A stretch of DNA of 29,318 nucleotides from an archaeon (GTDB taxonomy: Archaea; Micrarchaeota; Micrarchaeia; Norongarragalinales; UBA97), in NCBI GenBank assembly GCA_020057405.1, contig JAGVFW010000005.1, positions 1 through 29,318 on the forward strand, read 5' to 3'. The notes below the pieces were generated by a model. The model was not told the DNA's origin. It worked only from the letters and a program-made list of their open reading frames with translations, and did not search any database. Made by a program: the position numbers and the translations under genes. Below, one piece after another: positions 26,493 to 29,318 of the stretch. Numbering within the stretch: position 1 is the stretch's first letter; every line of letters begins with the position of its first letter.

Positions 26493-27077
26493 TCAGGGTT
26501 TTCTTAGGAAGCTCAAAAACAACGTGTGCATCAGGCCCTTGGTCTCCGGCCGCGTGCCTTGCGGGCGCACGAGCCACTCGCGGGGCATGACGTCAATCGT
26601 GCGCTCGTGGACAAAGCCGAGTTCCTCGCCCTTTAGCACGAAAGTCTTGACTTGCTCGACGTTTGGCAGAAACGCGACGCAGGCGCCCTTCTTCTTTAGC
26701 GCATTTAGGGCGTGCGGCAAGGCGTTTTCTGCATTCGCCAGGTCAAGAAAGACTGCGTCGAGCTCGGTCTCGTCAATGCCGTCGAAGATGCTTTTTTGCT
26801 TGAATTCGATTATCGAGTCAAGGCCGGCCTTCACGCCGTTCTTCTTTGAAAGCAAATGAAAGTCCTCGCGCCACTCGTAAGAATAGACTTTCCCTGCCGG
26901 GCCGACGATGGTTGCGAGGTAGATTGCAAGCCAGCCGCTTCCGCTGCCTGCGTCAAGCACCCTGTCGCCATTGGCAACTCCCGCAAACGCCGAGGCGTAG
27001 GCCGCGTCCTTTAGGAGGACGACCTGCGGGCCGCGGGATAGTTTCTTGAAAAAGTCCGGTGTTCGCATGCTAATCAC
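26493..27077 (-). CDS. trmI: tRNA (adenine-N1)-methyltransferase TrmI-like, short form
   Basis: 'RGPQVVLLKD', SAM motif VLDAGSGSG, 'GKVYSYE', 'DAVFLDL', 'PNVEQV', 'TRP....MHT.FL'. Start GTG 27077 or ATG 27068. Confidence 0.85.
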   Translation of the reverse strand: MISMRTPDFFKKLSRGPQVVLLKDAAYASAFAGVANGDRVLDAGSGSGWLAIYLATIVGPAGKVYSYEWREDFHLLSKKNGVKAGLDSIIEFKQKSIFDGIDETELDAVFLDLANAENALPHALNALKKKGACVAFLPNVEQVKTFVLKGEELGFVHERTIDVMPREWLVRPQGTRPETKGLMHTLFLSFLRKP

Positions 27078-27107
27078 TAGGTGTCTAAAAGGAAATAAAC
27101 GGACTGC

Positions 27108-27824
27108 TTAGTGCGTCGACCAGAATGCGTAGTAGACGCTAGGCGAGCTGCCTTGGCTATAGCCGTACGAGTAGTACGTGTAGGGCGAGTAGCCGTAGCT
27201 TCCGCACCCGTAGGAGCAGCCGCTTCCGTATCCGCTGCCATAGTTGTAGCCGCTTGAGCCGTAGCCCGAGTAGCCGTTGCCATAGCCGCTTCCGTAGCTG
27301 TTGTACGAGTTAGAGTTGTAGTCGCCGTAGTAGTTGGTGTTGTACGAGTCGCGGATGTAGGTGTTGCCGCCGGACCCGCTGCCGCTTGAGGACGAGATTG
27401 CGCCATAGCTGTAACCCGAGCTGCCGTAAGCGCCGTAGCCCGAGTTGGCTGAACCAGACCCGTAAGTGCCGTAGCCGCGTGAGCCGTAGACGCTCTCGTA
27501 GGCTGCATAGCCGTTGTAGTACTGGTTGTTGTAAGTATAGCCCGTGTCGCGGGGTGCGGTGTCGTAAGCGTGGTAGTTGCCGTTGGAGTCATACCAATTG
27601 GTGTACTTGCTATACGGGTTTGAGTACTGCGAGGCGTAGGGGTTAGTGTTACGCCACTGGAGCGCCTGCTGGTTGTAGTAACTATTAATGTAAACGCAGT
27701 CGCCGGCAGACTGGCTGTAGGTTGCGTATCCGCTGCACGCGCGGCTGTCGACCGCGTTGGCAAAGCCCGCTGCGGCTGCAAGAACGATGACGAGGATCAA
27801 TCCATAAGTCAGGTAACGCAACAT
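27108..27824 (-). CDS. Secreted Tyr/Gly/Ser/Asn-rich low-complexity protein
   Basis: Signal peptide ending ANA; AAGGTGG SD before ATG; about 50 Tyr in 238 aa by hand count. Confidence 0.8.
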   Translation of the reverse strand: MLRYLTYGLILVIVLAAAAGFANAVDSRACSGYATYSQSAGDCVYINSYYNQQALQWRNTNPYASQYSNPYSKYTNWYDSNGNYHAYDTAPRDTGYTYNNQYYNGYAAYESVYGSRGYGTYGSGSANSGYGAYGSSGYSYGAISSSSGSGSGGNTYIRDSYNTNYYGDYNSNSYNSYGSGYGNGYSGYGSSGYNYGSGYGSGCSYGCGSYGYSPYTYYSYGYSQGSSPSVYYAFWSTH

Positions 27825-27944
27825 TCGAACACCACCTTTGTTACTACTATAGGGTAATTATTAATATAAAAGCGTTGTGGTTTGGGTGTCGGTGGGGGCT
27901 AGGGTTAGCGGTTTATTGGGTTTGCGCGGCAATTCTTTCTTGTC

Positions 27945-28016
27945 GCCCCGGTGGCGCAGTGGTAGCGCGATTGCCTTGTAAGCAATAGGTCGAGGGTTCA
28001 ACTCCCTCCCGGGGCT
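27945..28016 (+). tRNA. tRNA-Thr(TGT)
   Basis: Acceptor GCCCCGG/CCGGGGC+T, D arm GCGC/GCGC, anticodon arm ATTGC CT TGT AA GCAAT, T arm GAGGG TTCAACT CCCTC. Confidence 0.95.
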
Positions 28017-28699
28017 CTTGATGTAATCTGACGGTACGCATCAATTTTCTTCAAATGCTTCTGGTTCGAGAATCCGATGAGGCTCATCCATTTGTCCAGC
28101 TGGTCTTCGTTGTAGATTACTATTTCGTAGATTTGATGTATTCCGTTCTTTTTCTTCGCAGCATAGATTGAGAAGTATTTTTCTAGGATTTCTTTCAATT
28201 GGAGAAAAAGCGGCTCGCTTGCTATCCTGAGCGTTATTCGTGGATATGGTTTTCGGTAAATCTTGCGATTATCGACGAAAAAATTTCCATCCGTGTCAAA
28301 AATGCCTCGGATTGAGGCAAAAACGAGTTTTTCTCCTCCATTAATGATTTCCGGAGGAATTGAAACGGTGTAAGTTTTGTTTCCCGGAATAAACCCGAGC
28401 CTTTCGGTCAAAAACCCGAAGATTCGCTTTGAACAGATGTTTAAAATCATTGTTCGAGAATCACGCAGCAATATCGTCGGCTTCTTTTGGAATGTTGTTT
28501 CGAGTATCTTGACTAGATATTCTGTAAGATAGTCGTCGTCCAGTTCAGCGTTACCGGTAATGAAAACATGATATTTGGAGTTTCCGCGAACGTCAAGATA
28601 TCCATCAATGGAGCCGTCTCCGATAACTGCCCCTACGAATTCGCATAAGTCTTCCGTTAAGGGCATATCTTCCGTAAGTTCGGCCGTCTGCTTGAGCAT
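27998..28699 (-). CDS. Free-standing double-motif LAGLIDADG homing endonuclease-like protein
   Basis: Motifs FVGAVIGDG and IRGIFDTDG; C-terminal 'IGFSN.KH'; visibly more AT-rich than the flanks; no intein or intron host gene. Confidence 0.88.
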   Translation of the reverse strand: MLKQTAELTEDMPLTEDLCEFVGAVIGDGSIDGYLDVRGNSKYHVFITGNAELDDDYLTEYLVKILETTFQKKPTILLRDSRTMILNICSKRIFGFLTERLGFIPGNKTYTVSIPPEIINGGEKLVFASIRGIFDTDGNFFVDNRKIYRKPYPRITLRIASEPLFLQLKEILEKYFSIYAAKKKNGIHQIYEIVIYNEDQLDKWMSLIGFSNQKHLKKIDAYRQITSRAPGGS

Positions 28700-28790
28700 A
28701 ACAAAATAGGTGTTTTGTAGGGGATCGCTCGTTTCGGGAGGGTGGCTTGCCGGGATGCTATAATATAATTATGGCCAGCGTGACTCTTGT

Positions 28791-29207
28791 ATGCCAGATT
28801 TGAGTGAGAAGATTTCAAAGGAGCTTGCCACCAAGTACGGTTACGTGCCAGGCGAGGCAAAGCAGGTCCTGACGTTTGTCAAAGGCATCCACAACTTCTC
28901 GCACTACTTGGGCAACAACAAGTACTTCAGCGACACTTTGAACAAGCGCGTTGCTGTTCTCTCGCTTGACTGCGACATCCTGTCCCTTAAGGCAGAGCGC
29001 GTGCGCCTCCTTGCTGAAGGCTTCTACACTCAGGTGGAACTTTCGATTGTTGCCAAATCCAAGCCTGCGATTGACAAGGCCAAGGTTGTTGCCTTCAAAA
29101 AAGAGATGCAGGCGGTTCTTGACGAGGCGATGTCAATCAACGACCGCGCCCTAAAGCTCATGGCTGACATCAAGGAAGAGTACGGCGAAAAGGACGGGGC
29201 AAAGTAG
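28791..29207 (+). CDS. Hypothetical alpha-helical protein (138 aa)
   Basis: ORF with genome-typical codon usage; TATAATATAA element upstream at about 28758-28767. Confidence 0.7.
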   Translation: MPDLSEKISKELATKYGYVPGEAKQVLTFVKGIHNFSHYLGNNKYFSDTLNKRVAVLSLDCDILSLKAERVRLLAEGFYTQVELSIVAKSKPAIDKAKVVAFKKEMQAVLDEAMSINDRALKLMADIKEEYGEKDGAK

Positions 29208-29242
29208 TTTGCCGCAAGCTGTCTTTCACGATAACTATGGCA

Positions 29243-29277
29243 CACTTTCCACCTAATGTTCTGGGTGGTGGAAAGTG
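29243..29277. repeat. Perfect 11-bp inverted repeat with 13-nt spacer
   Basis: CACTTTCCACC (29243-29253) and GGTGGAAAGTG (29267-29277). Confidence 0.75.
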
Positions 29278-29318
29278 GGTGTTTTGGAGAAGAAGCGTTT
29301 CTTCGTAAATCATTTGAA

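Noticed and set aside
27077-27781. 234-aa Thr/Ala-rich ORF resembling a mucin
   Set aside because: Alternative frame of the Tyr-rich gene, which has the ATG, SD and signal peptide.
22788-28016. Two tRNA-Thr genes as boundaries of an integrated element
   Set aside because: Different anticodons and sequences on opposite strands, with housekeeping genes between them.
29262-29280. GTGG repeats resembling bacterial MraZ boxes, and a 23-codon ORF at 29237
   Set aside because: Archaeal context with no mraZ visible; the inverted repeat explains the pattern and the ORF lacks support.
1-29318. CRISPR array, rRNA, transposase, tRNA introns
   Set aside because: No regularly spaced repeats, rRNA-like tract or transposase motif seen; all three tRNAs fold without introns.

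Overview
Archaeal chromosomal window; gene style suggests a DPANN lineage such as Micrarchaeota, but that is inference. Archaeal markers are an archaeal-type LeuRS C-terminus, Rpl40e, TrmI, three CCA-less tRNA genes, and TATA boxes about 24 nt upstream of many start codons. The left third is a type IV/Tad-like pilus locus: a secretion ATPase, a polytopic platform protein and seven consecutive class III signal-peptide genes, including a 54-aa mini-pilin missed by the ORF track and a duplicated Cys-rich pair. Next come a disordered Zn-ribbon protein, a 1671-aa membrane-anchored surface protein, and a divergent pair of otherwise unrelated genes whose products both begin MVEARGG. The right third holds tRNA-Thr(GGT), rpl40e, a candidate hairpin RNA, tRNA-Leu(TAA), a Ni/Co transporter, DUF1653 and an aldo/keto reductase. 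It also holds a convergent pair of secreted putative peptidoglycan hydrolases (GH73-like glucosaminidase and NlpC/P60) sharing an N-terminal two-Cys motif, then a short TrmI, a Tyr/Gly/Ser-rich secreted protein, and tRNA-Thr(TGT) overlapped antisense by a free-standing LAGLIDADG endonuclease. The best candidates for an undescribed system are the motif-tagged peptidoglycan hydrolase pair (a possible bacterium-attacking apparatus, perhaps linked to the pilus and giant protein) and the MVEARGG-tagged divergent pair. All family assignments come from motifs read by eye; no database search was run.
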